This document shows, piece after piece, positions 49,560 to 59,986 of a stretch of 64,000 nucleotides of DNA. Within the stretch, counting starts at the first letter, position 1, and every line of letters begins with the position of its first letter. The DNA comes from Octopus vulgaris (Eukaryota): contig OX597816.1 of assembly GCA_951406725.2 (NCBI GenBank), positions 91,326,001-91,390,000 on the forward strand, given 5' to 3'. Position numbers and translations under genes: made by a program. The notes beneath the pieces are model-generated. The model ran no database searches and was not told the DNA's origin. It saw nothing but the letters and a program-made list of their open reading frames with translations.

Positions 49560-50400
49560 TTCTATAGATTGATGGCTACAAGAATAATGTAGGCAGAGAA
49601 GGAGTTCCAAAGGTGTGTAATCCTAGAGAAAAGGAGTATGCACAATTTTGATGGTTGAGGCATAGTAAAGATGAGAAAAAGATAATAGGTAAGTTTGGGC
49701 AGAGGTGATATGGTGCTTGCTTGCTGGAGGAGCAGAAACTGTTTTAGGAAACAGAAACAGAAAACAGCTCATTAGTGATTTAATTATTATAGTATGCCTG
49801 TTGATGAAGCTTTGCCAATCAGCTATGTACAGCTTTTTTGGAGACAGAGTAAATTATTTGTATGTGTAGCAACTATGTTGTCCCAAATATATGAGTAGTC
49901 CTCTAACATGACTCTCATCTGATACTGTAAGGTGCCAAACCAGAGTTGATCTCTTACAAGTGTGACCAAGCTGGTCATAAAGCAAATACTGCAGTCAGGG
50001 AAATGGAGGACGGGCAAGGAGGGTTATTGTGCTAGTAGCTGCTCCATCAGTCAAGTAAGGATACTTCTTCATTCGCTGCCTGACACTGGTGGACAACAGA
50101 ATGACATTTCATTCAGAGTTGTTGAGAGATGCTGGACAAGTGGAAAACCAGGTGCTACTTTAAAGTTGCATACAGGCCAAGGAGGAATGGAACCAGAGAG
50201 AGATGCCAAAAGAGGGCATACCTCTCTGATGGAGGTAGTGTTCTTGTACAACATTTTGCCTCAATCAAACCAGGCAGAGGAGCTTTTACCTCAGAGAGCC
50301 ATGTTCAGATATGAGTGGAGACTTTGAGCACAATATCAGCCAGTATAGGAATAAAGGAAGGACTTGCACCTATCCAGATCAGGTATGAGGTTTGGATAAA
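49560..50400 (-). mobile_element. Degenerate CR1/L2-like LINE remnant
   Basis: Minus-strand remnants resembling YxSxIW and FSRITHLWNSFS, typical of CR1/L2 ORF2 C-termini. Confidence 0.45.
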
Positions 50401-50787
50401 ACTACTTGATGTGCACAGTATGTCCCAGTAAGTGAGGGGAGGGGAGGGGTGACTGATGTTAATTCCTAGAATAACATTTCTGTTAATGGGGTACCTGTTA
50501 TAACTATAATCGTAATTTCAGCCTTGTGTACTTGATAAATAAATTCTAATAAATTGCAACCCACTAAATTCCAGTGAAGAAGAAAGTAATCCATAATTTG
50601 TTTTACATGGATAAGAGTTATATTATATTGTAAAGTATAGAAGCCATCTTATCATGGCTAACCACATTGGGGAGGGGGTGTTACTGTAGCTTTATAGCCC
50701 CAAGAGATCTTCGTTTCTAGCTGGCCTTAGACACAATATCTGTGTCCTTGGAGTATTTGCAAAGGGAGGCCATCCCTTCCTCGCAAG

Positions 50788-50853
50788 CCTGAGTGATACG
50801 CTCGAACTAGTTTCGGGATTGTTGTCCCTCGTCAACGGGCAGTAACCACCAGG
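50788..50853 (-). ncRNA. Candidate type I hammerhead ribozyme (U3 variant), unit 1
   Basis: CCUGGUGGUUACUGCCCG UUGACGA GGGA-caacaa-UCCC GAA ACUAGU U CGAGCGUAUCACUCAGG: long bulged stem I, 4-bp stem II, palindromic stem III. Confidence 0.65.
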
Positions 50854-51144
50854 TAGCGATGAAAGAGAAGGCTCCTTTGCAAATAGATATAAGTTTTTCT
50901 AATGGCGTCTGCCACTGATGTCGAAAAACGAACAGTAAGCATAATTAAATCTCAGAATAAGATTGAAACAGTAATCGCTTGATAATGTAAAGTATAGAAG
51001 CCATCTTATCATGGCTAACCACACTGGGGAGGGGGTGTTACTGTAGCTTTATAGCCCCAAGAGATCTTCGTTTCTAGCTGGCCTTAGACACAATATCTGT
51101 GTCCTTGGAGTATTTGCAAAGGGAGGCCATCCCTTCCTCGCAAG

Positions 51145-51210
51145 CCTGAGTGATACGCTTGAACTAGTTTCGGGATTGTTGTCCCTCGTCAACGGGCAGT
51201 AACCACCAGG
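51145..51210 (-). ncRNA. Candidate type I hammerhead ribozyme, unit 2
   Basis: Same as unit 1 with one extra substitution in stem I (ctcg to cttg on +). Confidence 0.55.
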
Positions 51211-52759
51211 TAGCGATGAAAGAGAAGGCTCCTTTGCAAATAGATATAAGTTTTTCTAATGGCGTCTGCCACTGATGTCGAAAAACGAACAGTAAGCATA
51301 ATTAAATCTCAGAATGAGATTGAAACAGTAATCGCTTGATAATGTAAAGTATAGAAGCCATCTTATCATGGCTAACCACATTGGGGAGGGGGTGTTACTG
51401 TAGCTTTATAGCCCCAAGAGATCTTCGTCTCTAGCTGGCCTTAGACACAATATCTGTGTCCTTGGAGTATTTGCAAAGGGAGGCCATCCCTTCCTCGCAA
51501 GCCTGAGTGATACGCTCGAATAAAGCTACAGTAACACCCCCTCCCCAATGTGGTTAGCCATGATAAGATGGCTTCTATACTTTACATTATCGAGCGATTA
51601 CTGTTTCAATCTCATTCCGAGATTTAATTATAGTTATATTATAACAACTGACAAAGACAAAGCTGTCCATTAGACAAAAAAATCTGAATGAGAATACACA
51701 CATGGAAGACAGACTGACTTCCAGGGACATGGTTAGGTACTAAAAAGCAAAATGGTCGTTTTATTCCTAACAGTACCACATTGTTTACTGTAAATCCATC
51801 GAGTGATCAATACATCAGATGATGAAGCTAGTGATGATGGCCAGGATGAATAGAAGGCCAACTCTGCAAATTCTACAGAAGTTGCAGTGGGAGTGGTGTC
51901 TGTATTGCTGGACAAGTGACTATGATATAATATGATGGTGTTGGTGGGAGATTGGAATAGGCAAGATTTTTTCAATTGTAGATAATGTACATTGACAGAA
52001 ATAATTGTACATGGAAATATTTTGTTGTTTAGTTGTTTGTAGATTTTCTTGGTGTATATGTTTGTATGTGTGTGTGTGTATGTGGTGGTGGTGGTGGTGG
52101 TGGGGCAGTTGCTGGTGCATGAAGTAATCTTGAGATCAGATGGACATGTGATGAAATGAACTGGTTTAGCACCACACCTGATCCAGATCCATGGTTACCT
52201 TCAGCTGAGTCCATGCTGTAGCAAACCTATAGACAAGGTCTCTGTTCTGATAATAACACAAGTCATAGTTTCTTCAATCTTGCTCATCAGTTGCAGTCTC
52301 TACAAAAGGATCATGGATGTTACTCTTTCTTCTGAGGCTAAGCCATACACACAAACACACATCACACATACTCAATACAAACACACACACACACACATGC
52401 GTGCGCACACACACACATGCGTGCGCACACACACACAATATTTTTGTAAGTGACTAAAATGTCTCTACAATTATATCATTTAGTTTCAACTAACACTCTC
52501 AGATCAAAGTTTTGATTGAATTTATACAAGAAAAAAGTATTGTGATAATACTCATAATGATAGTGATGATGATGGTAATGATGATGGTGATGATGATGGT
52601 GGTGGTCGTGGTCGTGGTGATGATGACGGTGACAGCAATGTAGTATTGACAAAAATAATGACAACAATAACAACAACTATAAGAAGGAATAGAATGGGGT
52701 TAATAAATCTGATTATATAAGCAGGATATTTTCTAAGGCTGATTGTTCTCCTTTTCTAG

Positions 52760-52832
52760 GCTCATGGCAACAAAGAAGTATTATCATTAGTGTCTAACCC
52801 TCGTTTTGACCAGCTGATCTCCAGTGGTAGAG
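52760..52832 (+). CDS. WDR97: WDR97-like exon
   Basis: ttttctag|AHGNKEVLSLVSNPRFDQLISSGR|gtaata; 73 nt, phase 0-1. Confidence 0.88.
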
Positions 52833-53652
52833 GTAATAAAATAAATAATTTTTTGCACTATGGAAATGCATTTCAATGATGTCAGGTTGACTTGTCTCAC
52901 CTCTCTATCTATAAGCATCAATGTTTGTCTCTTTCTCTCTCTCTCACATACACACCCACTTTCACACACATGTATACACATACTCACACAAACACACACA
53001 AGAATGTGTGTGTGTGTGAGTATAGATAATTTTATCTAAACAGTCTTTTGATATCTATATTTTCAAAGACTACTTCATTACCTATAAGATTTACTTTCTA
53101 ACACCATTTTTCAACTAGCCATTACCTTTAGAAATATGTAATAACTTTAATTTAGCAAAGAAGTGAATCTTCCAGGTAACAGAAGTAATAGTAAACTGCA
53201 GCAGACATGACTGTAATAATATATACCTGTTTGTATTGGCCTAAGACTTTGCCACAAGCCAGATGCAATTGAACTGCATCAATGAATAGGTCAAAGCTGG
53301 TGTGACAAAAATTTTAACACCAAATAATGAATGTTCAAATGAAGTTAACAGTGCTTGTGTGTTTTGCTGAGCTAGTATATGCCTTCCATGCCGTAATTGT
53401 TTTAATTTCAATACAGGGTCTCAGATCAGATTACTTACATCTCCAAAATACATAATAATGCTCTATTAGTTAAGCCCTCTAAGTTCAACAAAATAAGAAA
53501 AGCTAAAAAAGAGAAAAAATGGTTTCTGTAAATTTCACACCTGAGTAATAATGAATAACTCTGCTAATTATATTTTCCAAAATGCTAAAAGTATTATCTT
53601 ATCTGGTATATTTAAATCAAAGCCATTAATCTATTTGGTATTTTTTTTTCAG

Positions 53653-53835
53653 ATCTTGTCATCAAAATTTGGAGATTTTATGCTTTTGCAGCTGACTGCT
53701 TGATTCCTCTTATGTCATTTTACTGCTCTCAAACACCAACACATATGACTGTCTTACAGAATTTCCTTGTTGTTGCTTTTAAAGATTATGCTATGCTAAA
53801 TTTCTCACTTGTGTCATACGATCTTAGAAACTATA
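53653..53835 (+). CDS. WDR97: WDR97-like exon
   Basis: ttttcag|DLVIKIWRFYAFAADCLIPLMSFYC...SLVSYDLRNY|gtaagt; matches WDR97 DLTVKMWRVFPYAEESL as recalled; phase 1-1. Confidence 0.9.
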
Positions 53836-53872
53836 GTAAGTCTATTTTTTGTTTCGTATGATTATATATATA

Positions 53873-54320
53873 TATAAAATATTAGAAAAGAAACACCTTT
53901 TATCAATTCAAAATGAACAATTAAATTACACCATCTAGAAAATTACATATAATAGTAAAGTTAAAATTAAAATAACAATAAAAAGTAAAGATTAAGTAAA
54001 TTACAAAAATAATAAAAAAATTTTTTAAATGTATATATGTATATAATTTTTTAATTTTAAAAAAAAATTTTTATTTTTTTAATTAAAAAAAATTTTTTTA
54101 ATTTTTAATCTTTACTTTTTATTGTTATTTTAATTTTAACTTTTCTATTATATGTAATTTTCTAGATGGTGTAATTTAATTATTCATTTTGAATTGATAA
54201 AAGGTGGGTTTTTTTCTAATATTTTATACATATATTATGTTGTGTGGAATTTGATTTAGTATTTCTAAATTGAATTCTTTTTCCTTGTAAGTTTGGATTT
54301 TATTCCCTCAAATAATAATT
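53873..54320. repeat. Asymmetric AT-rich fold-back element just downstream of an exon
   Basis: Arms ~53873-53995 and ~54105-54228 (ttacaccatctagaaaattacatataatag / ctattatatgtaattttctagatggtgtaa), extra right tail to ~54320. Confidence 0.8.
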
Positions 54321-55949
54321 ATATATATATATATATACAACTTGGTCTTGTGCAAGGGCTGTAGCTAGAAACACTGAGACTTGTAAGGTAGATTGCAGTT
54401 CGTATCTGAAATAAAAGTGATAGGGTTAGGGTTGTAGCAGTAAAAATTCCAGACAGTTGAATCTCTGGGTAGGAAGGATTGAGACATAGTAGTTAGTGTA
54501 TATATCTGAAAGGTGAGACACAGAATTGATGCTAAGAGAATATATAGGTAGGCTAGTTGGCCCTGATTCATAGGAACAGATACAGTTATATTAAAGAGAC
54601 AATAGTCAGCACATACATAGGCCAAAGATTGTCAAGTATTGGAGTGTAAGGTTTGTCAATCAGTTGAATAATCTTCTTTTGGATTTTGAGTTGAGTGTTA
54701 AAATTATTCCACTGTAGGTCTTACTTGAGCTTTTAGGAAACTCTACCAGTTATCTTAGATGAAATATTTTATCAAGCTCAAAAGGATGAAAGGCAAAGTT
54801 GACACTGCAGAATTTGAACCCAGAACATAAAGACAGATGAAATACTGCTAAGTATTTTGTTTGGTGTGCTAACAATTCTGCCAGCTCACCCTTTAATAAT
54901 AATTATGAGCTTATTTTAAGCAGTGTTCAGGTGCAGGAAAGGTTAAAAGAAGAGATAGAAAGCAGATACATAAGTCAAGTAAAGAAAGACAGCTGTGAAA
55001 GTTAGAAGTATATGTACAATACACAGAATATAACAGAAATTTGAAAAAATGGTCATTAAGATAGCCATAAAGAGGAAACATCAGGAGCAGTGTAAGTGAA
55101 TTTCATAAGGCATGGCATTTTTGAAGGATAAATTGTCCTGACAGTTAACAACTGATACAGATAGTTTATTCCATGTTCAACAATTCTGAGCATGAAGAAA
55201 TGTTTCCAAAAGTCATGGGCATTGAACTATTTTTTCTTTTTAATTTTAACATCTCCATGAATGGTAGTGGTATTGGATTAAAAAATGAGACCAAAATTGT
55301 TGGAAAGATGGTGGATTATTTTGTTGGCTTCTACTAGAATTGAAGCTTTAATGTATTGATGCTCACAGAAGCAATACACTCAAAACATAGTGACTGACAG
55401 AAGGTATTTAATTGCACATCTCAGGACAGCAGATTGATATTTTGGACAAGATGGGGGTTCAAGATAGGAGATGCAAACTGCAAGTGTGTCTGTCCCATAG
55501 CTTTAAACAAATAGCTGGTGTGTGGCTGACAAAGACCTTATTGAGTGATGCTAAGATAGCTTTGACCTTTTCAATGATTTTAGAAATGTGGCTTGTGCAG
55601 TGCAGAATATTGTTGACAATGATATCTACGTCTCCTTTTATATGTTGATTTCAAATTTTGGCCCAAGGCCAGCAATGTCAGGAGTGGGGATAAGTCAATT
55701 ACATCAACTCCGGTGCTCAACTACTACTTATTTTATTGACCCTGCAAGGATGAAAGGCAAAGTCAACTTCAGCGGAATTTGAACTCAGAATGTAAAGATA
55801 GACAGAATGCTGCTGGGGATTTTGCCTGGCATGCTAACAATTCTGTTAGTTCACCAACCTTTTTGATACAATATATTGATTACTATATTTAAAATCTATC
55901 AAGCAAGAACTTTTTCTAAACTGTAACTTATTTTCTCATATTACTTCAG

Positions 55950-56088
55950 TGCAGTATGACCAGAATCCTTCTTGTGAACATTTTGATCAAATCATTTCCT
56001 TAACATCATGTCCAAAATTAGGAATTTTAGCTTCAGCAAGTATTGATCAAACTATTAAGATTTGGAATGAAACGAATAACCTCATTCA
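55950..56088 (+). CDS. WDR97: WDR97-like exon (WD40 repeat)
   Basis: cttcag|MQYDQNPSCEHFDQIISLTSCPKLGILASASIDQTIKIWNETNNLI|gtaagt; phase 1-2. Confidence 0.9.
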
Positions 56089-58123
56089 GTAAGTTTTCTT
56101 GAAGCTGCTTCTCTGACCCCTTATATTCTTGTATCTGTACCTTTTATCTTTTTGACTTTCACTTGTTTCAGTTATTAGACTGCGGCCATGTTGGGGTACC
56201 ACTTCAAAAGGCTTTAGTCAAGTAGATCAGCCCCAGGACTTATTAAGCCTAGTACTTATTCTATTAGATTTTTTTTTTCTTGACCTGTTAAGTTATGAAG
56301 ATGTAACCACACTAATACTGGTTGTCAAGCAGTGGTGGGGAACAAAGACAGACAGATAGGCAGATACACACGCATTATATATATGTGTGTGTGTATATCA
56401 TCATCATCGTTTAACATCCGCCTTCCATGCTAGCAAGGGTGGAATGGTTTCACAAGAGCTTGCCAGGCCAAAGCCTGCACCAGACTTCTGTGACTGTTTT
56501 GGCAGGATTTTTACATCTGGATGCTTTTCCTAACACTAACCACTCAGCAGAGTGGACTTAGTGTTTTTTTTCATGGCTCAAGCACAGGCGAGGTGAGTAG
56601 TGCATTTTATGTGGAACAAGCACAGGTGAGGTCAGTTTTGGCAAGGTTTTTACAACTGGATGCCCTTCCGAACACCAACCACTTTACAGTGTGGACTGGG
56701 TGCTTTTAAGTAGCACCTGCACTGACACGGTCACCAAAAGTACTTGCAAAACAAAAAAAAAATGGAAGAAAAAAATTGGGGCTGATGAAGTCATACAAAT
56801 TCTCTGACAACCACTTTTGGCTCTTTCCAGAAGTATAGCAAGAAGCCAGATCATGCTGCTACACATATGACCTTCCAGCAGTAACCCTCTCCAGCCAGAG
56901 TTTGACCACAGTCTCCAGCAGCTTCACAAAGCCATCTGAAGATCATGATATCATCCCCTCTGCAGCATGATATCCTCCCTGCTGGAAACACACCTAAAGA
57001 CCATTACCTTCTTCCTGCTGGCCACAGCGTTTTAGTCTCCATTGTAGCTGTCCATGTTATATCATGCCGCCTTTACAGTCTTCAAAGAGCATTGAACAGT
57101 AGTCATGATATATCATATGATATAGGTAATTTTTTTCTAATATTCAGATGGCTCTCAGTCCTCCATATCAACTAGATTTTTCTCAACTACAACTTGAATC
57201 TTTTTACTCTCCATATCATTGACTGTTCACCAATACATGAAGCTGTTTCTGAAAAAAAACATAATCGTAAAATATCTTCAGATTTAGCCTGGACAAGCTG
57301 TATTTCAGCTGCAAAACCTTCAAATATAATTCATATCACTAGAATCTATTCAGATGGACAGTTTTGCAAATTTGAAAAGAATCTTCCATTTGGCTTGGCA
57401 TGTATAGATAAAGCGAAAGGGAAATAAGTCACATTTTTTTAATATATGGATTTAAAGATTCTCTTTTATTGGTAGAAATAACAGAAGATTCCCTAAGATG
57501 TACTGATTTAACTAATTAGATCTGGTGTTGATCACAACTCTGTCAGGCTCTGATTCTGAATGCATGCCAGTGATAGATATTTTACAATAATAATAATTTT
57601 TTTTTATATATAAAATTGAGTCAAGGATTGAACTAAACATTACCCTGAGCTGTATGTTTGACACTTTTGATCTACTGCAATAATTTTATTGTGTTCATCA
57701 TGTTAAACTACATAATCGGTTGATAAGTTATTGCGGTACATTTGACTACATATTTATGCAAAAATAAAATTGCAAATTATTTTCTAAATTAAAAGAAGTT
57801 TTGAATATAGAAAACAACCAGGGCATAAAAAGCCATGATAACACTTGAGTATGCATCAAAGTAAGGTAGAACACAGTGACAGAAAGGAAAAACAAAAACA
57901 GTATAGGTTGTTGCAGGGCTGAGGACAGCTAACATCATCCTCTGGCTAAAAAAAACAAAAACAAAGGGAACCGTCCTGAATGCTTCTGTTTCCAGATTCA
58001 TCATTACTGTAAAGAAACATTTGTAACATTTCCTTATTTTATGCCTGTAGGAATTTTTATGATAGGAATCACTGCCACTTTATATGTTTTAATAACTGAC
58101 AAAAGTTTATCCTAAAATATCAG

Positions 58124-58230
58124 AACACTTCAACTTGAAGCCATTCCAGAGAGTTTATGTTTCTATGGTGAGAAAGGGGATTTGCTGGTTGGACTTTCTC
58201 GTCATATTTACAAAATACCTAACACAGTTT
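58124..58230 (+). CDS. WDR97: WDR97-like exon
   Basis: atatcag|TLQLEAIPESLCFYGEKGDLLVGLSRHIYKIPNTV|gtaagt; phase 2-1. Confidence 0.88.
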
Positions 58231-59723
58231 GTAAGTATACCTGTTTATATTTCATCTCCATTTTACACTTAAAACTCACTTGTATTGAAATCTTTGTTGC
58301 AGTGTGGAATAACTTACCATTTGTAGCTTTTGTAGTTTTATGAAGAATTCTCTGAATAGATTGTATCTGAGTTTAAGGATAGTTTAAAGAATACACTTCT
58401 ACATATTAAATTTAAGCATCAGAAATTAGCTAGAGAGAGTATAGAAGGAATGTAAAGATCTACTTCTAGAAAGTGATTGCTAATGGATTCTTACTTGTTT
58501 TTCTTCTGATCATATTTTTCTAATTATCTATCTAAAGTCTATATTTTTAGGACGTTTTCATAGATTGATGAAAAAAGACATTTGAAATGTTAAGCACTAT
58601 TTACAAAGTTAGTTCTCCAGTTATGCTCTGGTGAAGGTACATTTACTGGTAGTTAGGATGTTGAATTATGATCATAAGGTTGTGCATTTAATTCCTGTAC
58701 CAGGTAGTACATTGTGTTCTTGAGCAAGGCACTTCATTCCAATTTGCTCCAGACTATAAATTCATTATTCTATTTTTGCTGCCCACTATTCCAGGAAGCG
58801 ATATGGGGATAGAATCCTCAGGCACTTCCTCTATGCAGTTCTATAAGAAGCAACTGTCATCACACTTTCTTGCTGAATTCCCAAGTGTAACCTTCAGAGA
58901 CTTTGAATATTATCCAACCATCTCTCTCTTGGTCTACCCTTGGGTCTCCTGTTATTTGGTTCAATTTGAAGAATTTGCTTTGCAATTCATTCTAACTACA
59001 TGTCCATAGTACTGGAGCAATAACCTCTCAATGCAGAGAAGTTGCAGTTTGATCTGAAGAGACACCCTGATCTCCAAGCTAGACATCGTGTTGAGTAACA
59101 TTACTCCAGAGATCCCTCAGAGGATCCCCATTTTGGGTGCTTGTGTTCATGATTGTACTCTTTTGGCCATTACCCAATATTCATGACTATAGGTGAGGAT
59201 AGGCATGGAAACTAAACTGAAGAGAGCAAGTTTGGCTTTTATACCAACCTCTGTTTTTCTGGAGGTTAAGTGTTGAAGTTGGTGCATAACAGTGCCAGCA
59301 CCTTCAATCTTAACTGAAACTTAGTACCACCCAAGTGTTGTTACAGCCTTCTCTCTCTCTCTCTCTCTCTCCATCTGTCACATCACTAATATGCTGCTGA
59401 GCCAAGGTTAAGAGGAACAAGAAGGTATCTTTGTCTGCTTACAAGTGCTTAGGCATTTAGGGAGAGCATGGTACATGCTGTTAAGTCATACTTGCTTGTA
59501 AGTGATATCTGTGCTTCCATCCCAGATATGTCATACATCTGATCAATTTTCAAGCTGTACATTCTGTATTTAGTTTAGTGTTGCAATTGCTTGAACCCTA
59601 GTAGGATGGGTGTCCTTGATAATACATTAACCTGATAAATTATTTATAGATCAGTGATAGATTTTTTTGCCAAATAACAATGAAACATGTAGCAGCTCTA
59701 ACTTTCATTTAATATCTTTACAG

Positions 59724-59868
59724 ACTTACCTAATTCCTACAAAGTGAAGTTGATGTCAATGACGATAAAGAAACCTATACCAGATACAGTAACACCTGTT
59801 GATGAAAGTACACTGAGTAAATCTGAGTATTTACATCAGTACCAAGCATTAAGAATGGAAAAATCTAT
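59724..59868 (+). CDS. WDR97: WDR97-like exon
   Basis: ctttacag|YLPNSYKVKLMSM...ALRMEKS|gtttgt; donor chosen because the next exon is open in phase 2 and closed in phase 0. Confidence 0.78.
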
Positions 59869-59986
59869 GTTTGTATATTATATGTCTTTTTTTGTTTTTT
59901 AATCTCTAGTTATTGCTTGTATATACTTCTATGTTTTGTTTTACAATTTCTGATCTTCATTGGGCACATTAACACAGTAAGCCTAT

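Larger units (their letters stand above)
50628..51631 (-). mobile_element. Retrozyme/Penelope-like non-coding element: 357-bp unit x2.5 plus ~111-bp inverted segment, with TSD
   Basis: Units start at 50629, 50986, 51343; third stops at ~51519; 51521-51631 is inverted; AGTTATATTATA at 50616-50627 and 51632-51643. Confidence 0.85.

Noticed and set aside
50628-51631. Array as CRISPR or LTR retrotransposon
   Set aside because: Contiguous 357-bp units with no spacers, no TG...CA ends, no PBS/PPT; eukaryotic context.
52120-52340. Minus-strand coding-like segment
   Set aside because: Multiple stops; probably a decayed LINE remnant, too weak to call.
58100-58123. U12-type intron (tcctaaa before a purine-rich acceptor)
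   Set aside because: The upstream donor at 56089 is GTAAGT (U2 type) and a ctgac branch-like motif is present.
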